A DNA stretch of 64,000 nt from an uncultured Methanomicrobiales archaeon (GTDB taxonomy: Archaea > Halobacteriota > Methanomicrobia > Methanomicrobiales > Methanospirillaceae): NCBI GenBank assembly GCA_963758915.1, contig CAVWXH010000007.1:32001-96000 (forward strand), read 5' to 3'. This document shows, piece after piece, positions 50,701 through 63,013 of this stretch. The notes under the pieces are model-generated. The model saw only the letters and a program-made list of their open reading frames with translations. It did not search any database and was not told the DNA's origin. How positions within the stretch are numbered: the stretch's first letter is position 1; each line of letters starts with the position of its first letter. Made by a program: the position numbers and the translations under genes.

Positions 50701-53700
50701 TCATTCGCTGTGTTATCTGAAAGATCATTATACCCGGTGCCAAGGATACCAAACCCTGAGAATAAGTTCTGGCTTGCATTGTTGCCGACCAGGTTGTTTC
50801 CGGTTGATGTCCCGTTGAGGAGGACACCGTACTGGTCGTTGTTGAACGCGTTGTTTCTGATGAGGTCGTTGTTGCCTGAATCAACCAGCCAGATACCGTT
50901 CTGGTGGTTCCCGCTCGCGTTGTTGTCTTCCAGCAGGTTGTTATTGGACCCGTTCAGTTTAATGCCGTTGAGTGTGTTGTTGAAGGCCATGTTTCCTGTC
51001 AGGTTATTGTTTGGCGAAGACAGGAAGTGGATACCGTTCAGGCCGTTATTACTGGCATTGTTCATGAACAACGTGTTGTTTTCTGACCCGCTGGAATAAA
51101 TCCCGTCCTCTGTATTGAAGAACGCCGAGTTGTCAAACAGGGTGTTGTTGTTCGATCCATTCATCAGTTCGAAACCGTCAACCGAGTTGTAGCTTGCATT
51201 GTTGCCGTTAAGGTTGTTAAATTTCGAATCAGTGAGATAGAACCCGACAATATTGTTCGTTGCTGTGTTGTTGGTCAGGTTATTATTATTGCTGGTCCAG
51301 AGGCCGATTCCAATTATTGCATTTTGATCAGCGATATTGTCCTCGAGATTGTTGTAATCTGAGTTACCAAGGACAATGCCATGCCAGGAATTGTTAAAGG
51401 CAGTATTTCCTGTCAGGTTGTTGTGGTTGCTGTAATCAAGGAAGAAACCGTTCTCCTGGTTAATGAATGCGGTATTTCCTGTCAGGTTGTTGTAATCCGA
51501 ATTGTTGAGGTAATAACCTCTTAACGAGTTGTAACTGGCATTGTTGTCTGTCAGGTTGTTATTATCTGCGTTAATGAGGAAGAACCCGTTCTGTGTGTTG
51601 TTAAATGCATCATTATCTGTAAGTTCATTATTCATTGACTGCTGCAGGTAGAACCCATGGAGATTATGGGTTGCAGTGTTGTTGATCAGGTCATTTTCGT
51701 TACTGGTCCACAGCCCGAATCCTACGCCAGTGTTATTTGTTGCGACACTGTCGTTGATGATATTGTTATTGCTGGCGAATAATACGAAACCATTAAGGCT
51801 GTTATCTGTGGCGATATCTCCGGTAAATACATTATAATTGCTGGTATTCGAGAAGAAACCGTTTGCTGAATTCAGGCTTGCATTGTTGCTGATAAATGTG
51901 TTATTATCAGACCTGTTCACATAGAACCCGTTGTTCTGGTTCCTGAACGCGTTGTTTTCAGTGAGGTTGTTCCAGGTGGAATCCTGCAGGCTGTAACCAT
52001 CGTATAAATTGTTATTCGCATTATTTCCTGTCAGGTTGTTCCAGGTTGAACTGAAGAGGGATACACCATTTACGCCATTCTCATTTGCGAAGTTACCGGT
52101 CAGGTTGTTGTGGTGCGAATCGTTGAGGATGATCCCTGTATTGGAATTGTTATTTGCAAAGTTACCCACCAGCGTGTTCTCATTGCTCATATTATCGAGG
52201 TAAATACCATAGTGCTGTGTTGTCCTGGATGTTCCGAGTGCGAAGTTGCCGGTCAGGTCGTTGTTAGTGGAGTTATTCAGGTAAATTCCGATAGCTCCAT
52301 TGTTATTTGCGAAATTACCGGTCAGGTTGTTCCATGTGGCTGATTCCAGCACAATCCCGATACCGCCATTGTTATTTGCAAAGTTCCCGGACAGGTTGTT
52401 GTGGTCTGAATTTTCAACATGAACCCCGGTGATGTTGTTAAACCATGCGTTGTTCCCTGCAAGGTCATTGTTATCGCTGCCTGACCCGAGGAATATGCCG
52501 AACTGCTGGTTTGGAGAGGCACCCTGGGTTCCGTTTGCCGAGTTGTATGCAAGGAGGTTACGGTCAGAGTTATTCAGTTCAATACCCGCATAACGGTTAT
52601 CGTTAGCAAAGTTACCGGTGAGGTTGTTGTCACTGGCATTCTTTAAGAAAATCCCGTCGTTGTGATTGTCCTGAGCGAAATTACCTGTCAGGTTATTCCA
52701 GGTCGATGAATTCAGGTAAATCCCATTACGTCCGTTGCTGTTTGCATTGTTGCCAACCAGGTTGTTATGGTGGGCATCATCCAGTGCGATTCCGTCATTC
52801 TGGTTGAAGAATGCATTGTTACCAACAAGGTTGTTGTTATTGCTCTGGTATGCAAGGAGGATACCGTATACCTGTGTTGAACCGGAAGTTCCGTTTGCCG
52901 AGTTACGTGTCAGGTTATTTGATGAAGAGTGGTAGAGGAGAATTCCATCAACACCATTGTTATCTGCAGTATTCTCTGTCAGATTGTTATTATCTGAGTA
53001 ATAAGCGAAAATTCCATCAAAACCATTGTTGCTTGCATTGTTCCTGGTGAGGTTGTTGAAGTTACTGCCCGTGGATAACATTATACCGTGCATCGTATTG
53101 TGGACGGCAGTATTATCAGTAATAGTATTTTCGCTGCTGTTCGTGAGGCTGATACCACGCTGACCATTGAATGCCGCGGTATTCCATGTTACATTGTTAA
53201 ACATGGAGTCTGTCAGGTTTATCCCGTCATAAGTGTTGTAGGATGCATTGGTCCCGTTTATCGTGTTTCCATTCGACGGGTCGAGATAGACCCCGTGCCT
53301 CTGGTTGAAGACTGCGGTGTTCTGGTCAAGGGTGTTGTTATTGGAATTATTTAGGTTGAACCCATCTCTGCCATTGTTCATCGCGGTATTAGCTGTGAGA
53401 CTATTATTATTCGAAAGCAGGAGGTAGAAACCATCCATCAAAATGTTCCCGTTTGCGGTATTATCGGTAAGATTATTGTGACTCGATTCCTGGACCCCGA
53501 TTCCCAATAACCCGTTGTTATTAGCAAAATTACCGGTCAGGTTGTTATGGTTCGACTTGTTAAGCCCGATACCGATCATGAGATTGTTGTTAGCAAAGTT
53601 ACCGGTCAGGTTGTTATTGTCTGACTGGTCAAGCCCGATACCGATCATGAGATTGTTGTTAGCAAAGTTACCGGTCAGGTTGTTATTGTCTGAGTCAGAT

Positions 53701-56700
53701 AGTGCAATACCCAATAAGTTTCTCTCTGCCGTATTCCCGTTAAGATTATTGAAATTTGACTGGTTTAGCCAGATCCCATTGTTATTCTGGTTCCAGCTTG
53801 CATTATTCCCGATGAGTGTATTGCTGTCCGATTGTAAGAGATAAATCCCGTTATTACCATTCCTGGACGCATTATTTCCTGTAAGGACGTTGTTATTACT
53901 CGAATGGTTCAGGTAAATACCGTTATTGGTGTTTTCGCTTGCATTGTTATTTGTCAGGGTGTTGTAGCCCGACTGGCTGAGCACGATACCGCGATAGTTA
54001 CCCGTCGCATTATTCCGGAGAAGCGTGTTATAATCCGAACCGGTCAGGTAAAAACCGTAGTTGTTACCGGTCGCATTATTTTCTGTGAGTATGTTACCAT
54101 TGCTTGCCTGGTCCAGCCAGATACCATTCTGGTTCTGGTTTGCAGTGTTCCAGCTGATCGTGTTATTGTTGCTTGACGGAGAGAGTACGATACCATTATT
54201 GGTATTGTGGTTTGCAGTGTTCCATGTCAGCGTATTGTTGCCGGACTGGGAGAGCCAGATACCATTTGCGTTTTCACTCGCATTGTTCCTGGAAACGGTG
54301 TTATTGCCTGACTGGACGAGGGCGATACCACTTGCAATATTCCATGAGGCGATATTCCATGAGACATTATTCTTTTCTGAATTGTAGAGACTGACTCCAT
54401 TACCCGTATTATTAAAAACCGTGTTGAATGCAACACGGTTCTCGCTGCTGTTAGTAAGGAAAATCCCGTTTTGCCCGTTATGTGTTGCTGTATTCCATGT
54501 TACATTGTTGAACATGGAGTCGGTGACATTTATTCCGTCATATGTGTTATACGAGGCATTTGTGCCGTTGATGGTGTTCCCGTTCGATGGATCGAGGAAT
54601 ACACCGTTCCACCTGTTGTAGGTAGCGATGTTCTGGTTAAGGGTGTTGTTATTGGAATTGGTGAGATTGAACCCGTTCCTGTCGTTGTCGCTGGCGTTGT
54701 TGCCGAATAGGTAGTTATTGCTTGCACCGGAAAGCCAGAAACCACTGTCCCTGTTGTCAGTAGCATTGTTGTTGATGAGATTGTTGTTGGTAGAACTGAG
54801 AATGGATATACCATTGTAATTGTTCGTCGCTGCGTTATTGCCGGTTAGTGTATTGTAATTGGACCCTGACAGGTAGATACCCTCGGTATTCCTGTTTGCA
54901 TTATTTCCGGTGAGGTCGTTATTGTTCGAACCCAGGAGGTAAATACCATACCCGCTGTTCCCACTTGCGGTATTGCCGGTCAGGTTGTTGTAATTGCTCG
55001 AGCCTGAGAGGTATATACCACTACCAATGTTATCACTGGCATTGTTTCTTGTGAGGTTGTTGTTGGTGGCACTGGAAAGCCAGATACCCTCACCAGTATT
55101 ACCGGTGGCGTTGTTTTCTGTCAGCGTATTGAGTTAGAACCTGCGAGCCGGATACCAACATTGTTGCCGATGGCATTGTTCGCGGTGAGATTGTTATAAT
55201 TCGAACTGGAGAGGTATATGCCGGTACCAGTGTTCCCGGTGGCGTTGTTCCCGGTGAGGTTGTTGTTGTTCGAACCTGACAGATAAATGCCGAATGGATT
55301 ATTTCCACTCGCCGTGTTTGCGGTCAGGTTATTTCTCTGTGAGTTGGTAAGTCCAATTCCGTAGTAGTTACCGGTTACCGTGTTGTTGAAGAGGAGATCA
55401 TCATTAGAGTCTGTCAGGTTAATTCCGTAAACCCCATTAAACCTGGCCGTGTTGTTAACCAGGGCAATGTTTGATGTCCTGTCAATAACGATACCGCTGT
55501 TCGTGTTGTTATTGGCAACACTGTCCGTGATGTTGTTCTGTGCCTGGTTGAGGTAGATACCAAAGGTGTTGTTGTTCGCAGTCAGGCTTGTCAGGTTGTT
55601 GTTACTTGAAGAGGCGAGGTAGAAACCGTATCCTGTCCCACCTTTCGTATTATAACTGGCATTGCTCTGGTACAGGTTGTTGTTATTGCTTGTCGAATCC
55701 AGGTAGAAACCGATAGGTATTTCCCGTCGCTGTGGTCCCAATCAGGTTGTTATTGCTGCTTGAGGTGGTAAGGTAGAACCCGTAATCATTACCATTTGCA
55801 GAACCGCCACTCAGGTTGTTGCTAGTTGCCTGCGTGAGATAGTAACCATACCTGTTGTTGTTAGCGGTGTTGTTGATCAGACTATTTCCATAGGTATTAG
55901 ACAACCTGAATCCGGCGTCGCTGTTACCGATGGCAATATTGTCACGCAGTGTATCATTGTGTGAACCATCCAGGAAAATACCATTGACCGTATTGTAACT
56001 GGCATTGTTGCCGGTAAGGTTGATGTAGTTTGTCGTACCTGGGATGTAGATACCGGAAAGGGAGTTGAAATTTGCTGTGTTCCCGATAAGGCTGGCATTG
56101 ATGTTGCCGATTGCACCTGAAAGGTAGATACCATACTGTTGGGATGGACCATTTGCAGTGTTCCCTGTCAGGTTTGCCTGCTGTGTATCAACGAGTAAAA
56201 TACCATACTGGATATTGTTGTTTGCTGTATTCAGTGAGAGATTATTTCGCTGTCCGTTGGTATCGATGATGCCAACGCCGGTATGAGTGTTTGAATCCCC
56301 GTTGTTGTTGGCGTAGTTTCCAATCAGGTTATTATCATTTGTATTACTCAGCTGGATACCATAATACCGGTTATTTCCTGCATAATTTCCCGTTATTAGG
56401 TTTTTCTCAACAGAGCCACCGGATCCATCGATATAAATCCCTGAATTATCATTGAAATAAACCAAATTGCCACTGACATTGTTGCTCGCGCTTAAAGAAT
56501 TTACAAGGATACCATATGACTGAGTGGCTGTCGAGATACCTGTTGTCCCGTTCGCATAGTTGCCCGTTATGTTGTTATTTTGTGAATATTGAACGACAAT
56601 TCCGGCGCCAAAGTTTGTTGGGCCATTATAATTTGCCTGGTTTCTCGTTACGTTATTGTTATCCGAGTCAAATATGTTGATTCCGTTATTTTTGTTGTAG

Positions 56701-58153
56701 TTAGCAGTGTTGTTATCGATGATGTTGCTGTCACTTGTTTCAATATAGAACCCATTAAATTTATTATATTGAGCAGTATTGTGTGTCAGGTTATTTCCGT
56801 TTGCATATTGGAGATAATACCCATGCTGCTGGTTTGATGTTCCTGGGTTCGTGGTATATCCGGCAAAGTTGTCATACAGCGTGTTATTTGTCGATGATTC
56901 GATTTTTATGCCACTAACATAGTTATTGGAAACGATATTTTTCGAGATTGTATTGTTATCTGAACCCGATCCAGTCATAAGGATCAAATTCTAGCAGAAT
57001 ACCGTGCTGCTGCCTTGTTATTCCAGCGGTATTATTCGCAAAGTTGCCGGTAATGTTATTGTTGTCAGAATTGAAGAGATAGATACCGGCATTTTGGTTA
57101 TTGTTTGCTGTATTGGAACTTACTTCGACCTCCTGAGAGTTCAGAAGTACAATACCACCTAACCCGGATGTTCCAAAGTTATTGTTTGCCTGGACATTGG
57201 TAATGTTGTTCATCGGAATTTGTGGAACAGTACTTTCAACAATATTGTTGAGTAAAATACCGGCTACCCTGAAATTGACCAACGTGATATTGGTAATACT
57301 TATACCAGAAATTGACGGGGAAGTATCGAACGTGTTGTAGTTACTGGCACTCTGGTTGTTGACAATAATACCATACTGTGCATTATCCTAAACCATCAAA
57401 AATTGCTCCCATCCCATCAAATATTACATTTGACGCATTGATAAGGATACCAAAATCTCCAAACCCGGAGTATGTATTTAGTGGCTGAATTGTATGTAAC
57501 TGTTCCAAATCCTCCGGGACTAGTACTATTAATCAGGTCCATTATCCATACATGGCCCGACTGGTTGATGACCCATCCGGCACCGGTATAATACGGGTCG
57601 TTTGCGGTATTATTCAGGGGAGGGTCTGACCATGTATAATTACTCCCATAGCTACCTGCTGATGAGTTCGTAAGGTTGGCATTCCCCTCATTTCCTGACA
57701 GGTATATACTGTGATTCGTGATAGTGGCTGATCCCTGTTCTGATCCTGTCGGGACCGTTGTGACAGGAACCGTGGTTGGGACGGTAGTTGGCCCAGTTGT
57801 CGGTACCTCCGTCGGGCTCTGTGTTGGAACCTGTGTTGGAGCTACCGTTGGAACCTGTGTTGGGACTACGGTCGGAACCTTCGTCGGAACCTGTGTGGGA
57901 ACCTCGGTAGGTACCTCTGTCGGAACCGTTGTCGGTATTTCGGTAGGCTCCGGAGTAGGTGCCTGGGTAGGGACCGGGACCGGGTCAACCGGTATGGGTG
58001 TATTCACAGGGCTGGGATCTCCCCCTGGTAAAATACCTGAGCCTTTATAGCTGTCAAATTGGCCTGCTAAATACCGGTGACAGCACTCCCAAGGATAATG
58101 AGGAGTGCAATCACCATTATGGTGAGAATACTAATTTTTTGATTATGAGACAT
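47786..58153 (-). CDS. Giant Asn-rich right-handed parallel beta-helix (NosD/CASH-repeat) surface protein, ~3400 aa when frameshifts are bridged
   Basis: Collinear minus-strand ORF pieces: signal peptide from ATG 58153; PT-rich repeats; very many GI.L..S.NN.L..N.A.NN repeats; NosD-type GGNYWA end; C-terminal Ig-like domain (VRVENTGTVNWT). Confidence 0.8.
53562..53693 (-). repeat. Near-perfect 69-bp (23-aa) tandem duplication within the giant gene
   Basis: AAGCCCGATACCGATCATGAGATTGTTGTTAGCAAAGTTACCGGTCAGGTTGTTATTGTCTGA at 53562 and 53631. Confidence 0.9.
57740..57990 (-). repeat. 12-bp period Pro-Thr-X-Val repeats (mucin-like linker)
   Basis: PTEVPTEVPTQVPTKVPTVVPTQV. Confidence 0.85.
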
Positions 58154-58762
58154 ACGACCTCTCCAGTGCTTTGATAACCTTGGAAATTTATCATGGAATT
58201 TCGATTTACAGATTTTATGAAGATTTCAGAGTTTTAATGATGCATCAGTAAGCAAGTATCCGGTCAGGAATTCCTGTGTAGGAGATCTGCCTCTCTTCAC
58301 TGGATACCCTCCTGTCCGGACGTTCGCCTGATATACGCAATTTTAAAGGGATTTTTGCAATTAAATCGATAATAGAGTCACATTTACTCTACACCGAAAC
58401 AACAACCTGCTAACGATTGATGGAAAATTAGTGTCAATACCTGAAGATATATCTTGTTAATTAGATCTAATGATCTTTATTATTATGTTATATCAATGGA
58501 TGACAATGTAAGGTTACATTGCAATAAATATATTGATTTCACCCGGGTTATTACAACAACACACAATATCCTGTTGGATTAGTAAACGTGTCTGAAATTT
58601 CGATATATCTGTTGTTCAGGATACTAAGTCCCAGGTTCTTTAATCCCTGTATGAAAAACACAGGGGTATGGTACAAATAAATGGGCAGAATAAACCTGAT
58701 CAACGGTTGATGATTAAAAAACGCGAATTAAACGGAATTGAAGAGTAACAGAAAAAAAGAGT

Positions 58763-59071
58763 TCAGCCGAACAGGGCACCGAGCCCTGCCATGCCGCTCT
58801 CTTCCTCTTCTTTCTTATCTTCCTTGGTCTCTTCTGCTGCTGCTGCAGGTGCTGCACCGGCTGCTGCGGGTGCTGCTGCAACTGCTACCTGTGCTACAGC
58901 TGCCTTGCTGATTGCATCATCGATGTCAACACCATCAAGTGCTGCAACGAGTGCCTTTACACGGGATTCGTCCACGGCGATACCTGTGGCAGTAAGGACT
59001 GCCTTTACGCTGTCTTCCTTTACCGGCTTTCCAGCCTTGTGCAGGAGAAGTGCTGCATAGATATATTCCAT
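58763..59071 (-). CDS. rpl12: 50S ribosomal stalk protein aP1/L12
   Basis: [26 protein letters not shown]. Confidence 0.97.
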   Translation of the reverse strand: MEYIYAALLLHKAGKPVKEDSVKAVLTATGIAVDESRVKALVAALDGVDIDDAISKAAVAQVAVAAAPAAAGAAPAAAAEETKEDKKEEEESGMAGLGALFG

Positions 59072-59089
59072 CTCAATTCACCTTTAGAT

Positions 59090-59944
59090 TTATTTTCCCT
59101 CAGTTATACCTTTGAGGGCAACGGTTTCTCTGTACGCCTTACCAATAATCGCATCAATGACATCTTTCTCGTAGATGCTTGCCTCGATTCCAAGTGCACG
59201 TGCTTCGCGGGCTGCCTTTGTGATCATCGGCACGATCGTTTCTTTCGTCGGGATACCTGCGTTCAACGAGAGGTTGAATGCCTGCTGTCCTGCGAGGGCG
59301 ATCTGTGCGAGGATCTTGTCTTCATCAATGGCCAGCACCGAAGGCTCGTACATGTCTCCTTCAAAGTATGCTACCTGGAGGAGCAGGCCGATGTCCATCG
59401 GCTTGATATCGAGTTTTGCAAGGACCTCTGCCTGTTTCCGGGTGACAGCCTGGCCTTTCTTTACGATGGTCTTGGTCTCGCGGATCCTGACCTTACCGGC
59501 CTCGATCGCTGCGGGAATACCTGCCTGCTGGAGATCACCCACAATGGGGCCTGGTTTGAAGCTCGTCGGACCTTTCTGAACGATAATGTCCTCGGGTGCA
59601 ATCTCACCTGGTTTTGCCGCCATCTTGGTTTTGGTCTTTTCGAGTGTCTTGAAGAGTTTGAACGGGTTTTCATTCGTGAAGATCAATGCTGAATGACCGG
59701 ATATATACTTAGAAACCTCGGCCTTATCGCCACCGATTTCCTCAAACGCATGCTTGATCAGTGTATTCCTGGTCATCTTGATCGTCGCGGTACCACGGAG
59801 GTTCCTGCGGATCTGCTGGACCTGCGTTGCAGGAATGCCATACATATCCACAAGCCCGACAAGGGAAAATTCCCCTGAGTGCTTCTTGATATCCTCGACT
59901 TCTTTCTTTTTCCATGCCGGCAGGTGGTGCGTATACAATGCCAT
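59090..59944 (-). CDS. rpl10: 50S ribosomal protein uL10/P0 (short form)
   Basis: PAWKKKEV, RNTLI, GPTSFKPGP. Confidence 0.95.
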   Translation of the reverse strand: MALYTHHLPAWKKKEVEDIKKHSGEFSLVGLVDMYGIPATQVQQIRRNLRGTATIKMTRNTLIKHAFEEIGGDKAEVSKYISGHSALIFTNENPFKLFKTLEKTKTKMAAKPGEIAPEDIIVQKGPTSFKPGPIVGDLQQAGIPAAIEAGKVRIRETKTIVKKGQAVTRKQAEVLAKLDIKPMDIGLLLQVAYFEGDMYEPSVLAIDEDKILAQIALAGQQAFNLSLNAGIPTKETIVPMITKAAREARALGIEASIYEKDVIDAIIGKAYRETVALKGITEGK

Positions 59945-60589
59945 TTATACCACCCTCACTGCCGGGCCCATGGTTGTCTTCACGTATACCGATCTGACAT
60001 TCATCGTTCCCTGGTCAAGGACCGACTCGACTCTTTTCAGGACTGCGTCGATATTCTCGGCGACCTGTTCATCGGTCATCTTGGTCGTGCCGACCTTGAC
60101 GGAGAGGACTTTCTTGTCCTTGGTCCTGATCTTCACGGAGTTCCGGAGTCGCTCCACGATCGGCTTGATGTCCATACCCATTGTAATCGGGGTCGGCATC
60201 CGGCCTCGCGGACCCAACCGCGGACCTAAGAAACGCCCGACCAGTGGCATGACAGCCGTCTCAGCAAGGAAAAACCGGTACTGACCGGCGATCTTCCTTG
60301 CCTCACGTGGCTCTCCACCGAGCCGTTCAATCTCTTCAGGGCCGATAATCAGGTCCACGCCTGCCTCTTTAGCCTGCGTGGTGATGTCACCCTTCCCGAG
60401 TACCACTACACCAACCGGTTTGCCGATGCCGTGGGGGAGAAGGATTGTCTCATCAATACGATTTTTCGGCTGCGCCATATCGATATTCTTGAGATTGATG
60501 GTAATATCTACACTCTCAGAGAACTTACGTTCAGGCGCTTTCTCTTTTGCCGCTTTCACGGCCTCAATAATTTTGGCCCTTTCTACCAT
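59945..60589 (-). CDS. rpl1: 50S ribosomal protein uL1
   Basis: RKFSESVD, LGPRGRMP, YVKTTMGP; ATG 60589 after GGAGG. Confidence 0.97.
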   Translation of the reverse strand: MVERAKIIEAVKAAKEKAPERKFSESVDITINLKNIDMAQPKNRIDETILLPHGIGKPVGVVVLGKGDITTQAKEAGVDLIIGPEEIERLGGEPREARKIAGQYRFFLAETAVMPLVGRFLGPRLGPRGRMPTPITMGMDIKPIVERLRNSVKIRTKDKKVLSVKVGTTKMTDEQVAENIDAVLKRVESVLDQGTMNVRSVYVKTTMGPAVRVV

Positions 60590-60656
60590 CTGATTCCTCC
60601 ATAGTCCACGACCGTGCACGGACTATTCCGCCACGATCTCCTATGGTTTCGCAAAT

Positions 60657-61133
60657 CTATTCAGCGAGAACCTTGTCATAGGCGCCGGAATCAATCGCTG
60701 CAAAGACCTCTTTAGGTTTTTTGCCATCCACGTTGACTCCCATGCTGACGCATGTACCGACAACTTCCTTGACTGCATTTTTAATGTCATAGGAGAGCAT
60801 GTCGTCATGCTTCATCTTGGCGATTCTGACAGCGGCCTCGAGCGACAAATTTCCAACCACAATTGTGTTGGGTTCGGCAGAACCTTTCTCGATATTGGCC
60901 TCTTTCTTGATGAGTGCCGTCGTCGGTGGAATACCCACCGTGACTGTGAAATTCTTCTTTTCGTCAACTTCGATTGTTACCGGCACCTGCATTCCGTTGA
61001 ATGAAGCTGTCTTCTTGTTGATCTCGTCGACTACTGCCTTCACATTTATACCGAGGGGTCCCAGTGCCGGTCCAATAGGTGGACCTGCAGTTGCCTTGCC
61101 GCCGGGTACCAATACCTCGACCACTTCTGCCAT
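60657..61133 (-). CDS. rpl11: 50S ribosomal protein uL11
   Basis: [25 protein letters not shown]. Confidence 0.97.
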   Translation of the reverse strand: MAEVVEVLVPGGKATAGPPIGPALGPLGINVKAVVDEINKKTASFNGMQVPVTIEVDEKKNFTVTVGIPPTTALIKKEANIEKGSAEPNTIVVGNLSLEAAVRIAKMKHDDMLSYDIKNAVKEVVGTCVSMGVNVDGKKPKEVFAAIDSGAYDKVLAE

Positions 61134-61237
61134 AGTAGTATCACCATGCCGTCCCGTAAGGGTACGAACCTGGGTTAAGTAAGGTTACCCTGCACAGACT
61201 TAAACATGTGGGAAGACCGGAAAAAAAGGGAGACTGG

Positions 61238-61718
61238 TCAGCGGTCTTCGCCTTTATCAATCACGCGGACATTATCGCCCCGGACTGTGATCGGGATAGG
61301 CAGCACACTCTCGTAGAGCTCGACGGTTATCTCCTCTTTACCTGAGTCGATTCGTTTAACGACAGCTTTTTCGCCCTTGAACGGTCCTGCTATCATCTCG
61401 ACGATTGTCCCTTCGGATATTCCGCTTACGACAGGCTTTAGGTACCAGGAAGTGTGCGACTTCGGCGAGCGTTGTCTCACCATGAAGAACGACGCGCGCG
61501 TGTGGGACTTTCTCGACCAGTTGTTCAATCCTGTTCATCTGTTCGGAAGTTTCTACGAGGACATAGCCCTTGAGCTCGTCAGGGACGATGATTGCGAGCA
61601 CCTTCACATCCGAGTCGCCGTTGTCGATTACCTTCTTAATATTGTCAGCAACCGTCCTTTCCTGCTTCGAGGTCGTCTTAATGGCAAAAATACGGTTAGT
61701 CTGTTCAGGCATATTCAT
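61238..61718 (-). CDS. spt5: Transcription elongation factor Spt5 (apparent frameshift at ~61438)
   Basis: NGN half ([17 protein letters not shown]) and KOW half ([10 protein letters not shown]) lie in adjacent frames. Confidence 0.9.
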
Positions 61719-61915
61719 CAGCTGGGGACTAAGAGGAATAGTTCGTAAATGATGAATCCAATGAGACCTACGAGTGCTATACCTGCTGCAGCGACGAGCG
61801 CGATCTTCTGGAACTCTTCCCTGGTTGGCGTACGGGCAAGTTTCAGGACACGGAGGTACTTACGCAGCAGCTCCTCGTGGAAATCAATTTTCATATTGGG
61901 TTGTGGTAATTCCAT
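61718..61915 (-). CDS. secE: Protein translocase SecE/Sec61-gamma
   Basis: YLRVLKLARTPTREEF plus TM. Confidence 0.93.
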   Translation of the reverse strand: MELPQPNMKIDFHEELLRKYLRVLKLARTPTREEFQKIALVAAAGIALVGLIGFIIYELFLLVPS

Positions 61916-61921
61916 AGTTGA

Positions 61922-63013
61922 TCACTTCAGGAAGTCTATCTCAAATTGCTTCTGGACTTTTGGGTTATTTTTTTCATTCCTTCCATATATTTGTGGTGAC
62001 CGTACACCGGTAACGACAAGGAGGGTGCGCATCTTGTTCTGCATATCCGGATCGACCTGTGCGCCCCAGATAATCCTTGCATTCGGGTCAATGCGGTTGT
62101 AAACTTCCTGCACGGCCCCCTCGGCCTCGGCCATCGTCATGTCCGGACCGCCGATGACATTGACAAGCGCGGCGTTTGCTCCTGAGATATCAACGTCAAG
62201 CAATGGTGACCGTATTGCCTTTTTTACCGAGTCTGCAGCCTTATCTTCGCTGTCACTTTCACCCATTCCGATCATGGCAACACCCCCGCGCTCCATAACC
62301 GTGCGCACATCGGCAAAATCAAGGTTTACGAGTCCCGGCATCGTGATCAATTCTGTGATCCCTTTAACTGCCCTCATCAGGACTTCATCGGCGACTTTGA
62401 ATGCAGCATAGAGCGGAAGTTTCGGGACAACCTCAAGCAGGCGGTCGTTTGGGACGACAATAACGGTGTCTGCCACATCACGGAGCCGCTCAAGTCCTGC
62501 CTCGGCATTCTCCATCCTGATTGCACCTTCGGCAGTGAAGGGAAGGGTTACCACTGCTATGGTGAGGGCGCCTTCCTCACGTGCTGCCTTAGCAACAATA
62601 GGTGCGCAACCGGTCCCGGTCCCGCCACCAAGACCAACCGTGAGGAAGACCATGTCGCACCCGGCAACGGCACTCTTGAGTTCCTGTTCGTTTTCGAGCG
62701 CAGCTTCCTCGCCGATCTGTGGGATTGAGCCCGCCCCGAGTCCACGGGTCCGTTGTCGTCCGATAAGGATCCTATGATCAGCTTTTGTCCTCGAAAGGTG
62801 CTGTGCATCGGTATTGATTGCATACAGGCGGGCGCCATGGATCCCCTCCTCCATCATACGGCTGATTGTATTTGAGCCGCCGCCTCCACAACCGATAACC
62901 GCTATCTCTGTCCGTAACCCCTCCAGAATCTGGTCAAGTTCTGAATCGTTCTTTGAGACATCAAGTGTGTCATCCCTCACTTTAGTCAGTGCCTCTTCTA
63001 CGATAGACCTCAT
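61922..63013 (-). CDS. ftsZ: Cell division protein FtsZ
   Basis: [24 protein letters not shown]. Confidence 0.97.
   Translation of the reverse strand: MRSIVEEALTKVRDDTLDVSKNDSELDQILEGLRTEIAVIGCGGGGSNTISRMMEEGIHGARLYAINTDAQHLSRTKADHRILIGRQRTRGLGAGSIPQIGEEAALENEQELKSAVAGCDMVFLTVGLGGGTGTGCAPIVAKAAREEGALTIAVVTLPFTAEGAIRMENAEAGLERLRDVADTVIVVPNDRLLEVVPKLPLYAAFKVADEVLMRAVKGITELITMPGLVNLDFADVRTVMERGGVAMIGMGESDSEDKAADSVKKAIRSPLLDVDISGANAALVNVIGGPDMTMAEAEGAVQEVYNRIDPNARIIWGAQVDPDMQNKMRTLLVVTGVRSPQIYGRNEKNNPKVQKQFEIDFLK

Noticed and set aside
48441-57282. Highly repetitive GTT/TTG-rich DNA as a possible CRISPR array or DGR target
   Set aside because: The periodicity is codon-level Asn-rich beta-helix coding; there is no constant repeat with unique spacers, no cas genes, no reverse transcriptase and no adenine-specific TR/VR pair
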